Of a stretch of DNA of 64,000 nucleotides, positions 43,531 through 53,757 are shown piece by piece; the stretch's first letter is position 1; each line of letters begins with the position of its first letter. The stretch covers positions 9,065 to 73,064 of the IMG/VR virus record IMGVR_UViG_3300030108_004854; one strand, written 5' to 3'. The notes beneath the pieces were generated by a model. The model did no database searches and had not been told where the DNA came from. It worked only from the letters and a program-made list of their open reading frames with translations. This DNA is from a virus. The position numbers and the translations under genes were made by a program.

Positions 43531-44115
43531 ATGAGCGTTTTAAGCGACCAAGAGATTAAAAATCTAGCTTTAGATGGCATGATCTCACCCTTCTCAGATC
43601 GTCTTATAAATGAGCAAAATGGTATTAGGTTGCTAAGCTATGGACTTAGCTCATATGGTTATGACATTCGTTTGTCACCTAGTCAGTGTCTTTTATTCGG
43701 CGGTGTCCAGCACGGAATGTGTGACGCTAAAAACTTTGATCCAAATATTTTAAAGGAGACAGAGCTTCATAAAGATGAGCGAGGGCACTATTTTATTCTT
43801 CCTCCTTTTGGCTATTGTCTGGGCGTTGCTGTTGAACGCTTGGCTTTACCCCGCGACGTTACCGTTGTCGCAGTGGGCAAAAGTACATACGCAAGGGCAG
43901 GAATTATGGCAAACATTACACCTGCTGAGGCTGGCTGGGAAGGTCATTTAACTTTAGAAATCAGTAATTGCACGCCTTTATTCAATCGTATTTATGCAAA
44001 CGAAGGAATATGTCAGCTATTGTTTTATCGTGGTAAACCATGCAGTACCAGTTACCAGGAGCGTAAAGGAAAGTATCAGAAACAGCCGGCTGAAGTAGTA
44101 TTTAGCAAGGTTTAA
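43531..44115 (+). CDS. dcd: dCTP deaminase
   Basis: SYGLSSYGYDIRL, GKSTYARAG, TPAEAGWEGHLTLEISN, YANEGICQ, Y..RKGKYQ. Confidence 0.95.
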   Translation: MSVLSDQEIKNLALDGMISPFSDRLINEQNGIRLLSYGLSSYGYDIRLSPSQCLLFGGVQHGMCDAKNFDPNILKETELHKDERGHYFILPPFGYCLGVAVERLALPRDVTVVAVGKSTYARAGIMANITPAEAGWEGHLTLEISNCTPLFNRIYANEGICQLLFYRGKPCSTSYQERKGKYQKQPAEVVFSKV

Positions 44116-44462
44116 AACTTACCAAATGTGGCTTGAGGTTTATCTGCATAATTCGTAGAGCCTGCATAAGGAAAATCATCGCCTTGTGTAAAACCCGTCA
44201 ATGCTCCTGATCTATCTGTATATGGCTGATCATACATCCGTTTTTTCCGGAACTTACCAGCACTACGAGCTGCTTTCAGCGACTTTTCAACACGATTCTG
44301 TTTTGCTTCACCCGCCGCATCACCTAGACGTGCGGTCCTGCGTTCCACTGGATCTAAAGAACGTAGGTCAACATCATACGAATCTTCAGGATTAAGATCA
44401 GAATTAAACTTTACTGACGTTCCAGAATCTTTAGATGCGTCGTAAGTAGGTGAGTAAGCCAT
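44112..44462 (-). CDS. hypothetical protein
   Basis: 116-aa ORF. Confidence 0.65.
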   Translation of the reverse strand: MAYSPTYDASKDSGTSVKFNSDLNPEDSYDVDLRSLDPVERRTARLGDAAGEAKQNRVEKSLKAARSAGKFRKKRMYDQPYTDRSGALTGFTQGDDFPYAGSTNYADKPQATFGKF

Positions 44463-44498
44463 ATGTCAATTATAATTAGGGTAAACCGTGGCTTAAAG

Positions 44499-44864
44499 AT
44501 GGGCTTTTTAAATAGTTTTATGGGTAACAATAATACCCTTAAAGAGCGTATGACTACGCTTGATACCTTTGGTCAACCTTTAGACAATAAGGCTAATGAT
44601 GTACCTATGTACGATCAATACAATACTGGTTTAGCAGTAACGCAAGAAAATATGTCAGATCGTGTTAACTTAGCAGTAGATCCACGAGCACAACCAAGAT
44701 GCGGGTTAACGGGAATGATTCCATCGATGGAGGAAGGAATAATGCACGGAGCAATGCCACAGCCAAGGCAATTAGTGGTGGACATGGGACAACTTTCACC
44801 GGAGGAAATGGAGTTAGCAAAGGAGAATCAACGCCGGATGGTGTCTGGTTTCAACCGGTCGTAG
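44499..44864 (+). CDS. hypothetical protein
   Basis: TATAAT at 44471; Met-rich. Confidence 0.6.
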   Translation: MGFLNSFMGNNNTLKERMTTLDTFGQPLDNKANDVPMYDQYNTGLAVTQENMSDRVNLAVDPRAQPRCGLTGMIPSMEEGIMHGAMPQPRQLVVDMGQLSPEEMELAKENQRRMVSGFNRS

Positions 44865-44875
44865 ATAATGAAATA

Positions 44876-45130
44876 ATGGATTGCCCTGGGGGTGTATGCC
44901 CAGTCCCCTGGGCAACTAAAGAAGTAGATAATGTCAACCATCCTCCGCATTACACGGAGGGTGGGATTGAGTGTATTGAAGCCATCGAAGCACAGCTAAC
45001 GCCAGAAGAATATAAAGGGTACCTAAAAGGTAACGTTGCCAAGTATATCTGGAGAGAAAAACATAAAGGGGGTATTGAGTCACTTAAAAAAGCCCAATGG
45101 TATTTAACTAAGTTAATTGTTTTAGACTAA
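44876..45130 (+). CDS. DUF3310 (T7 gp1.7-like nucleotide kinase family)
   Basis: DNVNHPPHY..GIECIEAI...GNVAKYIWR..KGG.ESLKKAQWYL. Confidence 0.88.
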   Translation: MDCPGGVCPVPWATKEVDNVNHPPHYTEGGIECIEAIEAQLTPEEYKGYLKGNVAKYIWREKHKGGIESLKKAQWYLTKLIVLD

Positions 45131-45150
45131 TTATTAGTTATTTTAAAACT

Positions 45151-45435
45151 ATGCCTGGTCGTTCTGCTGGTTACGATTCTGAACCTAGATACGATAAAAA
45201 AACAATTAACATGTTGGCAAACATGTCAACTAGGGATCGTAACAAATTTGTTCGTGATAATGCTAGTGCTGCCTCTGGCGGAGGTGGAATGAAAGGTCTT
45301 GCTAAAGGTGCAAAAACGACTGCTAAAGAAGCACGAGCAGCAGGTGATAGAGACACTGCCAAAGCAGCACGTAAATTAGCTCGTAAAGCTGATCGTACTG
45401 TTGCTCGTCGTAAAGCACGTCGCGCTGCAAAATAA
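45151..45435 (+). CDS. basic Ala/Arg/Lys-rich protein
   Basis: Histone-like C-terminus. Confidence 0.6.
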   Translation: MPGRSAGYDSEPRYDKKTINMLANMSTRDRNKFVRDNASAASGGGGMKGLAKGAKTTAKEARAAGDRDTAKAARKLARKADRTVARRKARRAAK

Positions 45436-45753
45436 CTAATCCCGCTGACGCCAATCATCAGTTTTATCTTGGCTAAACCATTGAGCAATATCATCAGGGC
45501 CGCTAAATGTGGTCCGATGGTTTGCTGGATCTGGATCACCAAGGTCCAGAGTGTTCATAAAATCATCTAAACCGCCTTCTGCCATATCAGGATTATGGGC
45601 TTTACGGCGAGCTTGATTCAACATAGAAAGGGCTGATTTGTTAGCTTTTGCTAACTTCTCGGCCCAAATCATATCATCTAGTTTTACTTCTTCAGATTTA
45701 GCAATTCGATTACAGATAAACTGCAGACGCAGACGGTAATTATTTGACAGCAT
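45436..45753 (-). CDS. conserved cyanophage hypothetical protein
   Basis: MLS..YRLRL..IC..I...DMIWAEKLAKAN...DDWRQRD. Confidence 0.8.
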   Translation of the reverse strand: MLSNNYRLRLQFICNRIAKSEEVKLDDMIWAEKLAKANKSALSMLNQARRKAHNPDMAEGGLDDFMNTLDLGDPDPANHRTTFSGPDDIAQWFSQDKTDDWRQRD

Positions 45754-45776
45754 AAACTTATTGCTATCACTAAATT

Positions 45777-46094
45777 CTAACTGAAAACTGTAGGTGGCTC
45801 TTCATCGTCTTCTAATTCATTTTTTAATTCGTCTGGATCAACTTCCATCATGAATTTAGCAATAGCCAGTTCTTGCAGCTCGATATCAGATGGAATATTA
45901 AACTCAACTTCTACACCTTCATTAGTTAAAATATCGCGTACAGCTTGAATTTCTAGTAATCTCCGACTGTATAAATTCAATAGGGCAATACGCATTTGAT
46001 CCCAAGTCATCTCTTCAGAGGCTAATTCTGCTTTACGCATTGCAAGCTGAAGATGTAATGGCATCTGATATTGCTTTAGGCTACTGTCTTCCAT
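45777..46094 (-). CDS. hypothetical protein
   Basis: Start MEDSS 22 nt after TAGAAT. Confidence 0.7.
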   Translation of the reverse strand: MEDSSLKQYQMPLHLQLAMRKAELASEEMTWDQMRIALLNLYSRRLLEIQAVRDILTNEGVEVEFNIPSDIELQELAIAKFMMEVDPDELKNELEDDEEPPTVFS

Positions 46095-46119
46095 ATCGAA
46101 GATTATTGCTTTAGATATT

Positions 46120-46782
46120 CTACTTCCAGTGTTGGTAGATTGTTTGTAATTCGGCAAGAGAAAAATCTAGTAATTCTGTATCTTTTTCATAATTATTAGC
46201 AAAATTAGAAAGGGCATAGGGGCTGATATGTTGTTGAAGTTCTCTGATAGCATCAACTTGCCCTTTAGAAGCTGTATATTCTCTAAAGGCTTTTAGCAAA
46301 ATATCTTTAGACAAAATAGTCATTTCGTCTTGTTCTTTCATAAATAAACGAACTTCATGGCGTCTTCGATCGATTAACCCACCGACTACTTTGTGATCGT
46401 TATCAAAAATCCAACAAGATATTTCTTTAATTGTTTCGCTATAGTCTTCATCATCTAATGTGTCAATAATATTGGAATATAAAAAGGTATCCCAGCCAAC
46501 TGAGTGTGCAAATGATGCTAAAGCACAGACTTGATTTTCATCAAGGCCAAGATTTAATTCTTCAATTTGAGTACCAATAACTTCTATTTCATGTTTTAAA
46601 AATTCTAAAGCCTTTGTTGGTGTTATATACTGTCCTTTTTTAACAGGGCTCCCATCAGGATAAAACTGTGTGCCATAACCAATAGTATAAGGATCACTAC
46701 CTGTATCTGGATCAAAGTATGCTTTTTCGCTAAAACCTTCAAAAGTTTTAATGATTAATAAAGCCTCCGTGTATGGATACAT
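46120..46782 (-). CDS. GH24 phage lysozyme
   Basis: IKTFEGF..KAY.D....YTIGYG, ALASFAHSVG, GLIDRRRHE..LF. Confidence 0.88.
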   Translation of the reverse strand: MYPYTEALLIIKTFEGFSEKAYFDPDTGSDPYTIGYGTQFYPDGSPVKKGQYITPTKALEFLKHEIEVIGTQIEELNLGLDENQVCALASFAHSVGWDTFLYSNIIDTLDDEDYSETIKEISCWIFDNDHKVVGGLIDRRRHEVRLFMKEQDEMTILSKDILLKAFREYTASKGQVDAIRELQQHISPYALSNFANNYEKDTELLDFSLAELQTIYQHWK

Positions 46783-46811
46783 TAATAGTCTGCATATGCC
46801 ATTAGTTTACA

Positions 46812-46925
46812 TTATTTTCCTTGTCCTCGTCGTAATTTTTTATCTCCTTTAGGAGTAGAATGTTTTCCTTGCCCTTGTTTAGTTTTTTTAGGTTTTGCAG
46901 GGATAAAGTTGCTTTCTTTAGTCAT
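46812..46925 (-). CDS. small basic protein (37 aa)
   Basis: KPKKTKQGQGKHS...RRGQGK motif recalled from cyanophages. Confidence 0.65.
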   Translation of the reverse strand: MTKESNFIPAKPKKTKQGQGKHSTPKGDKKLRRGQGK

Positions 46926-47094
46926 CTTCATAAGATATTTCACACACTATACTAAATAAAAAAATCTTTAAATGTCGATAATATTCTTGTTGTTCTGGGT
47001 CTCCACCAGGCCAATACTTTAATGCATCACAAACCGCTTGGTACAAGTGGCTTACATCTTCAGTTGATAACTCTATTTGAACGCTATTTACCAT
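46918..47094 (-). CDS. small cyanophage protein (58 aa)
   Basis: LYQAVCDALKYWPGGDPEQQE motif. Confidence 0.65.
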   Translation of the reverse strand: MVNSVQIELSTEDVSHLYQAVCDALKYWPGGDPEQQEYYRHLKIFLFSIVCEISYEDD

Positions 47095-47280
47095 TTAGCT
47101 TTGCCCCATGGGTCTTTCGTCCATGTCATACTTTAAATGAAATTCGCCTAGTGCAAACATTGCTTGTTCTTTTTGCAAATCCGTTGTATTAGGGTTTGCA
47201 ATAACTTCCATGTATCTACCAGCAATTCTATTGTATTCATCCTGAGGAAGTCTTTTCCTGGGTAAGCGTCCAATAACCAT
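47095..47280 (-). CDS. hypothetical protein
   Basis: Coupled start at 47280. Confidence 0.55.
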   Translation of the reverse strand: MVIGRLPRKRLPQDEYNRIAGRYMEVIANPNTTDLQKEQAMFALGEFHLKYDMDERPMGQS

Positions 47281-47576
47281 TACCACTTCACCTTGTGTGA
47301 CCAATACCTTGCACTCATTTTACTTGGCTTGCTATCTTGAGCATTGTGCCGTGCATAGTATGACTTCTTACGTGCTTTGTCTTTGGCTGACTTCGGATTT
47401 TTGCCAGCACCTTTTACACCCTGTTGACCAAAACGAATTATTTTTTCTTTCCCACCTTCGCAAGCTTTTACGACATGCGATTTAGTTTTATGGCTTGGTG
47501 TTTTTTTAGGTTTATTGCAAGCCATTTTGTCTTTATTTAATTTAGCTGCTGTTGCTGCTTTTTTATGTTTAGACAT
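47280..47576 (-). CDS. basic conserved phage protein
   Basis: KSHVVKAC..GKEKIIRFGQQG...RKKSYYARH...SARYWSHKVKW. Confidence 0.8.
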   Translation of the reverse strand: MSKHKKAATAAKLNKDKMACNKPKKTPSHKTKSHVVKACEGGKEKIIRFGQQGVKGAGKNPKSAKDKARKKSYYARHNAQDSKPSKMSARYWSHKVKW

Positions 47577-50500
47577 TTACCCAAACAGTCCACCTGTCCA
47601 TGTATCTATTATCCCACGGCCAGTACTAGACGCATAATCTCTTTCATCTGGAAATACATCAAAATAATTATTTGTTCTTTCATTATCATCGTCATCATCT
47701 CTTCCGTATAAATCATCCCCTGAATCTCCCAAAAAACTATTAAACTGAGACATTGCAGCAAAAGGATCACTCATGTCAATATCGCTCATGCCAAAACCAC
47801 CTTGCAATGCTCTACCTACAAAATTTAAATCTGCAATTTCATCTGATGATGCATCGGGAAAAAATTCATTTAAAAAATCATCTTGACTTCCTGCATATCC
47901 ATTTGATTTAAAGTATTCAAATAAAGGATTAGTGGTTTCTTCATCTACTCTTTCAATATCTCTAAGAGCAAGACTAGCTTGGTCATAGCTTAAATTCTCG
48001 TCTAAATTATAACTAATCATTAAATCTTTCCATGCTTCTGAACCAACTTCTATATCACCTCGTTCACCAAGAATTTCTAGTGGATCTCGTTGAATATAAT
48101 CAACACCTAAATTTTCTTGGCTTGCAGTTTTTCTTCTTTCATTTAAATATTTAATACCTTCACGAATGTCTTGTGCAGCACCTGTTTCAAATGCTTCTTT
48201 AATATATTCTTTAACTTCTTCTAAACTTGCATCTAAATTTTCAATGCCGAATGATTCTAAAACTTTCTCCCATTCTTCTTGATTTTCTAAAGGATCAATA
48301 CCTTCAAGCAGTGCAGTTGCAAATTCATCTGGAGTAACAAACTGCATAAAAGCAGCATCTCCTATATCTACTCTTTCGTCTGCAATAGCATCTACTATGA
48401 CATCACTTATGTAAGCATCAATAGTTCTTACATCAAAAACATCTTTTGCTGGATCAAATCCAGCTCGTTGTCCAGCTATTTGATAATGTAATTTTGCAAA
48501 TTGATCTGCATTATTAATATCAACACCATAGTAATAAGCCCATTGTGACCAACTGTATTCATTAGCGCCTTCTGGTATTCCGCTTTTACTATCTGCATTT
48601 GACTTAGCTGCTGCCCAATCTCTTTGTACAGCTGTTTTCTGTTCTTCATAGTTCCTTCTTGTTGTTTCTACATCTGTATAATCTCTATTTAATTCGTCTT
48701 CTGTTAACTCATCAAGTTGCGATAAAGGGTCCATATAAAATGCTGTGTCAAAACCTGCTTCAGTACCACTAAGTTGTTCAAAATATTCCCGTGCCTTCAA
48801 CTCTGCTGTTTGTTTTAATTGATTCATTGCGGTTTGCGTTTGAAATATATTCTGTTCATCTTCATCTAAAGTATCTAAGTAACTAACAAACTCAGACATT
48901 GATTTAGACATATTAAATCTCGGCGTAATATAATCAGATAAAAATTTTGTAATAAACTCTCTTCCTTCTTCGTTGGTTAATGAATAAGTAATTTTATTTC
49001 CGTCTTCATCCACTCTTTCACCTTCTATTTCTTCTAGCCCTTCGTAATAAGGTTTAAGTGTTTCATCCATCCATTTTTGCCAATTATATTCAGCATTTGC
49101 TCCTCTTCCAATACCTGTAATGTTTTCAATTCCTTCTCTTAAATTTTCTTCTAAACCTCTTGATTGCATACCCCCTAAATTTAAATAACCTCTCATATCA
49201 CCTAACATATTATCTGCAAGGCTTTGACTAGAACCATAAATTTCATTAAATCCTGGTAATCCTCTATATACATCTAGTTCTCTTTCTCTTGCTTGTTGTT
49301 TATTTAATTCATTTACTGCTTTTTCTAATACATCTGTAGCTAAAGCTCTAAATTTATCTTGTTGTTCTATATCTGCTTCACTAAATGCAGAACTTATTCT
49401 TCCTTCTAAAAGACTTTGAGTTTGATCTGATGATGGATCTAATATATTTTCTGCCCATTCAATAGTATTATTTGCACCCGTAAGTCCAAATAATTGATCT
49501 CTAACTCGTTGTTTTTCAGCATCTGTCATGCTGCTATAGCTTTCATCATATTCTTCTGCTTCTCGTGCATAGCCTGCTTGAGAACCTCTAAGGCCTTGAT
49601 TTTTTCCTGTGTATGTATAGTCATACCAAGCCATATTGGCTAAACTTCCATAAGCTGCAGTGACATCTAAATCATTATCTGCACTAAGAATATTTCCTTC
49701 ATCTACAACAGCATTATTCCAATAATCAATTAAATTTGAGTTTTGAGTATTTAAATAATAGTCAGAATCAAATTGTCCAATTAAATCGTAGGCACCACCA
49801 TCGGTTTCACCATTCCATTGCTGTCCTATTCGTTGTTCAGCATAATATGCACCATAGATGTTTTTTGTGCTATCAATAATATTATTTAATTGATCTTCAT
49901 TCATTAAAGGTTGTAGACCTAATTCTTCAGCCCTAGTATTTAAATTGTTAACAATATTAGTTAAATTACTTCCTAAATTGTTATAAATATAGCTTCTATT
50001 TGAAGTATATACACCTGTTTGACTTGAGCTTGCCCAGTCTTTGACGCCTCTGCTCCATTCAGTCAAAGAGGATCCATAATCATTTAATAAAGTATTTCTT
50101 TCGTTTTCTTCATCTGCAACACTTTGTGCATAGGTTTCTAGATTTTCATTCCAGTTGTTAGCTTGATTTTCTCTCCAGGTAGCTGCTTCTGATGTTAATG
50201 AATTTGCATATGCAGTAGCTGGTTCATAAACATTCTCATAATTCCATTGATCCATTGCAGCTTGTCTTTGCCCTGCTGCAGCTTCATTGTCTCTTTGATT
50301 TTGTTCGTGTCTGTCTCTTTCTTCTCTTAAACCAGAAAGCACATTTCTGAACCCTGTAATAGGATTACCTCTAGGATCTCTAGCAGCATTTAAAGCTTCT
50401 CCAATACCACTACCTGTACCAACAGTAATTTCAATAACTTTAATAGAATCTCCTCCTTCTGGTGCTCCTTCTTTTGCTTCGTCTTTAGTTAAGCCATAGC

Positions 50501-50870
50501 CACCTGTATATTCATCTGTTCTGTTGTTATAGGCAACATAAAATGTTTGTTCTGTTGGTCTATTATCTGGATATTCATCTGCCCATTCATTAGGATTAGT
50601 TTTTAATTCCCATTGTTGATAGCTTGATCCGGTTAATGGATTGTTAACATTACTTGACCAGTTTGAGTAATCTGGATGATTTGTAATAAACTCTGTTCCA
50701 GCATAGTTTTCTTGCATTCCTCCTTCTTCTGAATTTGTATAATCTGATGCAGTTCTGCTGGTAAAAACATCAGGATTTTGCTCTATAATTTGTTCTGCTG
50801 TTAAATTAGTAGCGTAATCACTTGGATATTCTGTATATCCAAGTTCTCCACCCGTATATGTAAGACTCAT
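47577..50870 (-). CDS. large acidic virion-associated protein (putative ejection/internal protein)
   Basis: 1097 aa, helical and acidic, in the late module; function inferred from position only. Confidence 0.75.
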   Translation of the reverse strand: MSLTYTGGELGYTEYPSDYATNLTAEQIIEQNPDVFTSRTASDYTNSEEGGMQENYAGTEFITNHPDYSNWSSNVNNPLTGSSYQQWELKTNPNEWADEYPDNRPTEQTFYVAYNNRTDEYTGGYGLTKDEAKEGAPEGGDSIKVIEITVGTGSGIGEALNAARDPRGNPITGFRNVLSGLREERDRHEQNQRDNEAAAGQRQAAMDQWNYENVYEPATAYANSLTSEAATWRENQANNWNENLETYAQSVADEENERNTLLNDYGSSLTEWSRGVKDWASSSQTGVYTSNRSYIYNNLGSNLTNIVNNLNTRAEELGLQPLMNEDQLNNIIDSTKNIYGAYYAEQRIGQQWNGETDGGAYDLIGQFDSDYYLNTQNSNLIDYWNNAVVDEGNILSADNDLDVTAAYGSLANMAWYDYTYTGKNQGLRGSQAGYAREAEEYDESYSSMTDAEKQRVRDQLFGLTGANNTIEWAENILDPSSDQTQSLLEGRISSAFSEADIEQQDKFRALATDVLEKAVNELNKQQARERELDVYRGLPGFNEIYGSSQSLADNMLGDMRGYLNLGGMQSRGLEENLREGIENITGIGRGANAEYNWQKWMDETLKPYYEGLEEIEGERVDEDGNKITYSLTNEEGREFITKFLSDYITPRFNMSKSMSEFVSYLDTLDEDEQNIFQTQTAMNQLKQTAELKAREYFEQLSGTEAGFDTAFYMDPLSQLDELTEDELNRDYTDVETTRRNYEEQKTAVQRDWAAAKSNADSKSGIPEGANEYSWSQWAYYYGVDINNADQFAKLHYQIAGQRAGFDPAKDVFDVRTIDAYISDVIVDAIADERVDIGDAAFMQFVTPDEFATALLEGIDPLENQEEWEKVLESFGIENLDASLEEVKEYIKEAFETGAAQDIREGIKYLNERRKTASQENLGVDYIQRDPLEILGERGDIEVGSEAWKDLMISYNLDENLSYDQASLALRDIERVDEETTNPLFEYFKSNGYAGSQDDFLNEFFPDASSDEIADLNFVGRALQGGFGMSDIDMSDPFAAMSQFNSFLGDSGDDLYGRDDDDDNERTNNYFDVFPDERDYASSTGRGIIDTWTGGLFG

Positions 50871-51232
50871 TATGCACAGCCTAGATTATCTAGGACAAAT
50901 TCTGATATTATTTCTATTTTATCGCCTTTCGTCCATTTGATAATAGCTTCTAGTCTTTCTTCTACAAAAAAATCTTGTTTGCGATACCACTCTTCCATTT
51001 TTGCTGATGCTTTGTGATGATTACAAAAACGACAACAAGGCAACAAATTTGTACAGTTAGATGAACCAGAACGGTATTTAGGAATGATGTGATCTAATGA
51101 TGTTGCTGGATTGCCACAATATCCACATTTATAATTCCATGCTTCATATATACTTTGTCGAAATCTTTTCTTTGCGAGTCGAGGAGTTAGTTCAATTAAA
51201 AGAGCGAGAGGTTCGTTCTCTGTCTTGAACAT
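50870..51232 (-). CDS. HNH endonuclease
   Basis: CGYCG..ATSLDHIIP...NLLPCCRFCNHHK. Confidence 0.9.
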   Translation of the reverse strand: MFKTENEPLALLIELTPRLAKKRFRQSIYEAWNYKCGYCGNPATSLDHIIPKYRSGSSNCTNLLPCCRFCNHHKASAKMEEWYRKQDFFVEERLEAIIKWTKGDKIEIISEFVLDNLGCA

Positions 51233-51323
51233 ATTATTCTTAATGGCTATTTATAGTCTAAATTTCCCAAACCTGTTTATTCCTTAATATAAATTAACCG
51301 CCATTAAAAAAATGTATAGTTGC

Positions 51324-51351
51324 TTGACAATACTTCTTGCAAACCTAACTT
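51324..51351 (+). promoter_or_regulatory. possible sigma70 promoter
   Basis: TTGACA-16 nt-TAACTT. Confidence 0.4.
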
Positions 51352-51377
51352 AAATCTGTAAGCACACAGCTTTACCA

Positions 51378-51602
51378 ATGACAACTATTAGTAGTTCTTG
51401 GGTTCCACTTCATAAAGCAGAACGTGTTCTTGAAGTTTCTCGCAAAGAACTTCATCAGATGCGTGACAATGGCACCGCAAAACTTGGTCACCACTATGGT
51501 GCAGGACCTCTTACTAGGTCAAGAGATACGTATTATTGGAATATTCCTCGAATGAAAAAGCTACTTACACAGTCGCAAGCCGCTTCGATTTCTGCTGCTT
51601 AA
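51378..51602 (+). CDS. excisionase-like HTH protein
   Basis: WVPLHKAERVLEVSRKEL..MR.NG..KLGHHY...YYWNI. Confidence 0.65.
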   Translation: MTTISSSWVPLHKAERVLEVSRKELHQMRDNGTAKLGHHYGAGPLTRSRDTYYWNIPRMKKLLTQSQAASISAA

Positions 51603-51978
51603 CTGGTGTGTAGTAAACCTTGCGGACCTTGTGTGCCAAAAGGACTTTGTCTATCGATAGTTTAATACGTTCTTCTTGTTGAATTGTTTTTAAACTATGG
51701 CAGAGACCGCTCCAGCCTTTCTTCTTGGAAGGCTGTTTTTCTTTTAGTTGAAAAATAAACACCCATTGAGGATGAACAGGTTGAATCGGTCGTTTTTTGT
51801 TTGGAATGTTGATTGAATAGTCGTTGTTCCAGGTGAATCCTTTTAATTCTTGTGGAGTTTTTCCATAGGTTGCGACCATGGCCATAAGCCAGCCTTCGTC
51901 GCTGTATTTAGTTGTACCTGTAAGGCCAAAAATTTCGTCAACGATGCGAGCATCGGACGGGAGATGCATGTGCAACAT
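51565..51978 (-). CDS. truncated, degenerate tyrosine-recombinase-like protein
   Basis: WLMAMVATYGKTPQEL aligns with the cyanobacterial integrase box ATYGLRPHE (R absent); PVHPQWVFIFQL. Confidence 0.55.
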   Translation of the reverse strand: MLHMHLPSDARIVDEIFGLTGTTKYSDEGWLMAMVATYGKTPQELKGFTWNNDYSINIPNKKRPIQPVHPQWVFIFQLKEKQPSKKKGWSGLCHSLKTIQQEERIKLSIDKVLLAHKVRKVYYTPVKQQKSKRLATV

Positions 51979-52092
51979 GGCTACGGTCTGATGTTGAATA
52001 AACTATAGACACTGATCTGTCTTTTTAAGGTGGTTTTAATGCTCAGATTAGATTAACTTATGGTAAATCCAATACAACTATTATACAGCTTA

Positions 52093-53757
52093 TCAAAAAT
52101 TCTTTTTATTACCTTCACTGGTAGGCATTTCTCCTGATCCAGGGAAATATTCTTGGCCATTCTTGTCAATCATAATAAAGTTTTGTAACTGCACAAATTG
52201 AGCGGGAAAATTAAAAAGTTTTTGTGTCATAGATACCATTATTGGAGATTCAACATTAAATGGTGGTACATCCATATGACTCATTCCATAGTATGTAAAA
52301 TTTTCAAACGCTTTTTTCTGATCTTTTTCAGTTTTTTCTATTAAATTATCTTCCCAAGCAACAAGATCTTCTGCTGTTGCAAAAGGATAATCAGAGGGTT
52401 CAACAGGAAACTCATTACGCATAAAACGTAGTGCTTGAATGTGTTTACAAAATCTGTATTGATTTAATGTAAACGTCCAGTCATCACTAAGTTCATAAAT
52501 AACATTTCCACTTTCTTTGTAGTTTTTGTATGTTGGCATTCCTTCTGCAATACCACTAGTAAAATTTTCATCATCTCCAAAATTTCTTATATAAACATTA
52601 CCAAAATCCGCAAAAATACCAGGAAAATCCCTGTAAAGATTTTCTGGTAATTCTATATTTTTAATTACTTGACCAGATGTAACTTCTTCTAATTCATATC
52701 CACTAGGTGCAACTAATTCAAACAAATTATTTTCAACAAAATATCTAGTCCATTCAATTTGTGCAGCTTGTGTTAACCTATCAAAATTTTTTAATTGTTC
52801 ATAACGACCAGGTGCTGTTGCACCAGGTGCAGTAACTGGAAAGTTTCTTCCTTTTCTTTGACCTAGTGTAGAAATATAAGCATAGTCTCGTCGTGTGTAA
52901 TCTTGACAAGTACAACAATAACGTTTTCCTGTTTGTAAAAAACGACTAGGATGTGGTGGAATACGTGATGGTGTAATTTGTACACCATCAATTGTGCTTT
53001 GTATAGAGCCTCTTTTTTCAAATTGTAAGATACCTTGGTATTCATCAATACCTGTTAATACTGCTTGTACAAAACCAAATCGTTTGTTACTAGCAGGATC
53101 TCTACTTTCACTATCAATTGGTTCTCCAGATACAGTAATAATTTTGTCTTCTAAAATATCACCAACAATAGGCTTAGCTGTATTGCCGCCAGAAAATGTA
53201 ATTAATAATGGAGAAGGAACTTGTTGGCCACTTATTGTGCTGAATGTACCGGATAATTGTATATACCAATAATGTTGATTATCTTGCAACAATCCAGAAA
53301 ATAATGTTTGTGGATTTGCTTCACCAGAAACAGCTAGGCGAACTCCACTAACATCTTTTAAATTATCAAATCTTAAATTACCAGCTTCAATAAGCCCTGT
53401 CCAATGCATTCCTAATTCTTTGTTTGGAGTAGGAAAACCTTTAAATGTACCTGATATTACAGGAGATCTAGCACCTATTTCATCAATAGCTCCTGATGTT
53501 TCTGGTATTAGGTATTTAAAATCATATGAATAAGCAGCATGCGCAATATCAGATGTTGCTAATTCCCAGCCTCGTCTCCAACGTACCCATGCTGATTGTC
53601 TGTCAACAGTATAAATAGATATTGGCAGCGAACCTCCAAACTCTGCACGTATTGGTTTTACGGTATAGTTGGAACTTTTGTCAGGTTTAAATCTGTTAAA
53701 ACTAATATTGTTCTTAGGGTTTTTATTTCCAAATCCAGAAAACCCTTTTATTCCCAT
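52093..53757 (-). CDS. late hypothetical protein with split SWIM-like Zn motif
   Basis: YCCTCQDY ... RFCKHIQA; 15 Ser-Gly dipeptides. Confidence 0.75.
   Translation of the reverse strand: MGIKGFSGFGNKNPKNNISFNRFKPDKSSNYTVKPIRAEFGGSLPISIYTVDRQSAWVRWRRGWELATSDIAHAAYSYDFKYLIPETSGAIDEIGARSPVISGTFKGFPTPNKELGMHWTGLIEAGNLRFDNLKDVSGVRLAVSGEANPQTLFSGLLQDNQHYWYIQLSGTFSTISGQQVPSPLLITFSGGNTAKPIVGDILEDKIITVSGEPIDSESRDPASNKRFGFVQAVLTGIDEYQGILQFEKRGSIQSTIDGVQITPSRIPPHPSRFLQTGKRYCCTCQDYTRRDYAYISTLGQRKGRNFPVTAPGATAPGRYEQLKNFDRLTQAAQIEWTRYFVENNLFELVAPSGYELEEVTSGQVIKNIELPENLYRDFPGIFADFGNVYIRNFGDDENFTSGIAEGMPTYKNYKESGNVIYELSDDWTFTLNQYRFCKHIQALRFMRNEFPVEPSDYPFATAEDLVAWEDNLIEKTEKDQKKAFENFTYYGMSHMDVPPFNVESPIMVSMTQKLFNFPAQFVQLQNFIMIDKNGQEYFPGSGEMPTSEGNKKNF

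Noticed and set aside
45171-45542. 123-aa - strand ORF
   Set aside because: Antisense shadow of the Ala/Arg-rich + strand gene 45151-45435, also overlapping 45436-45753
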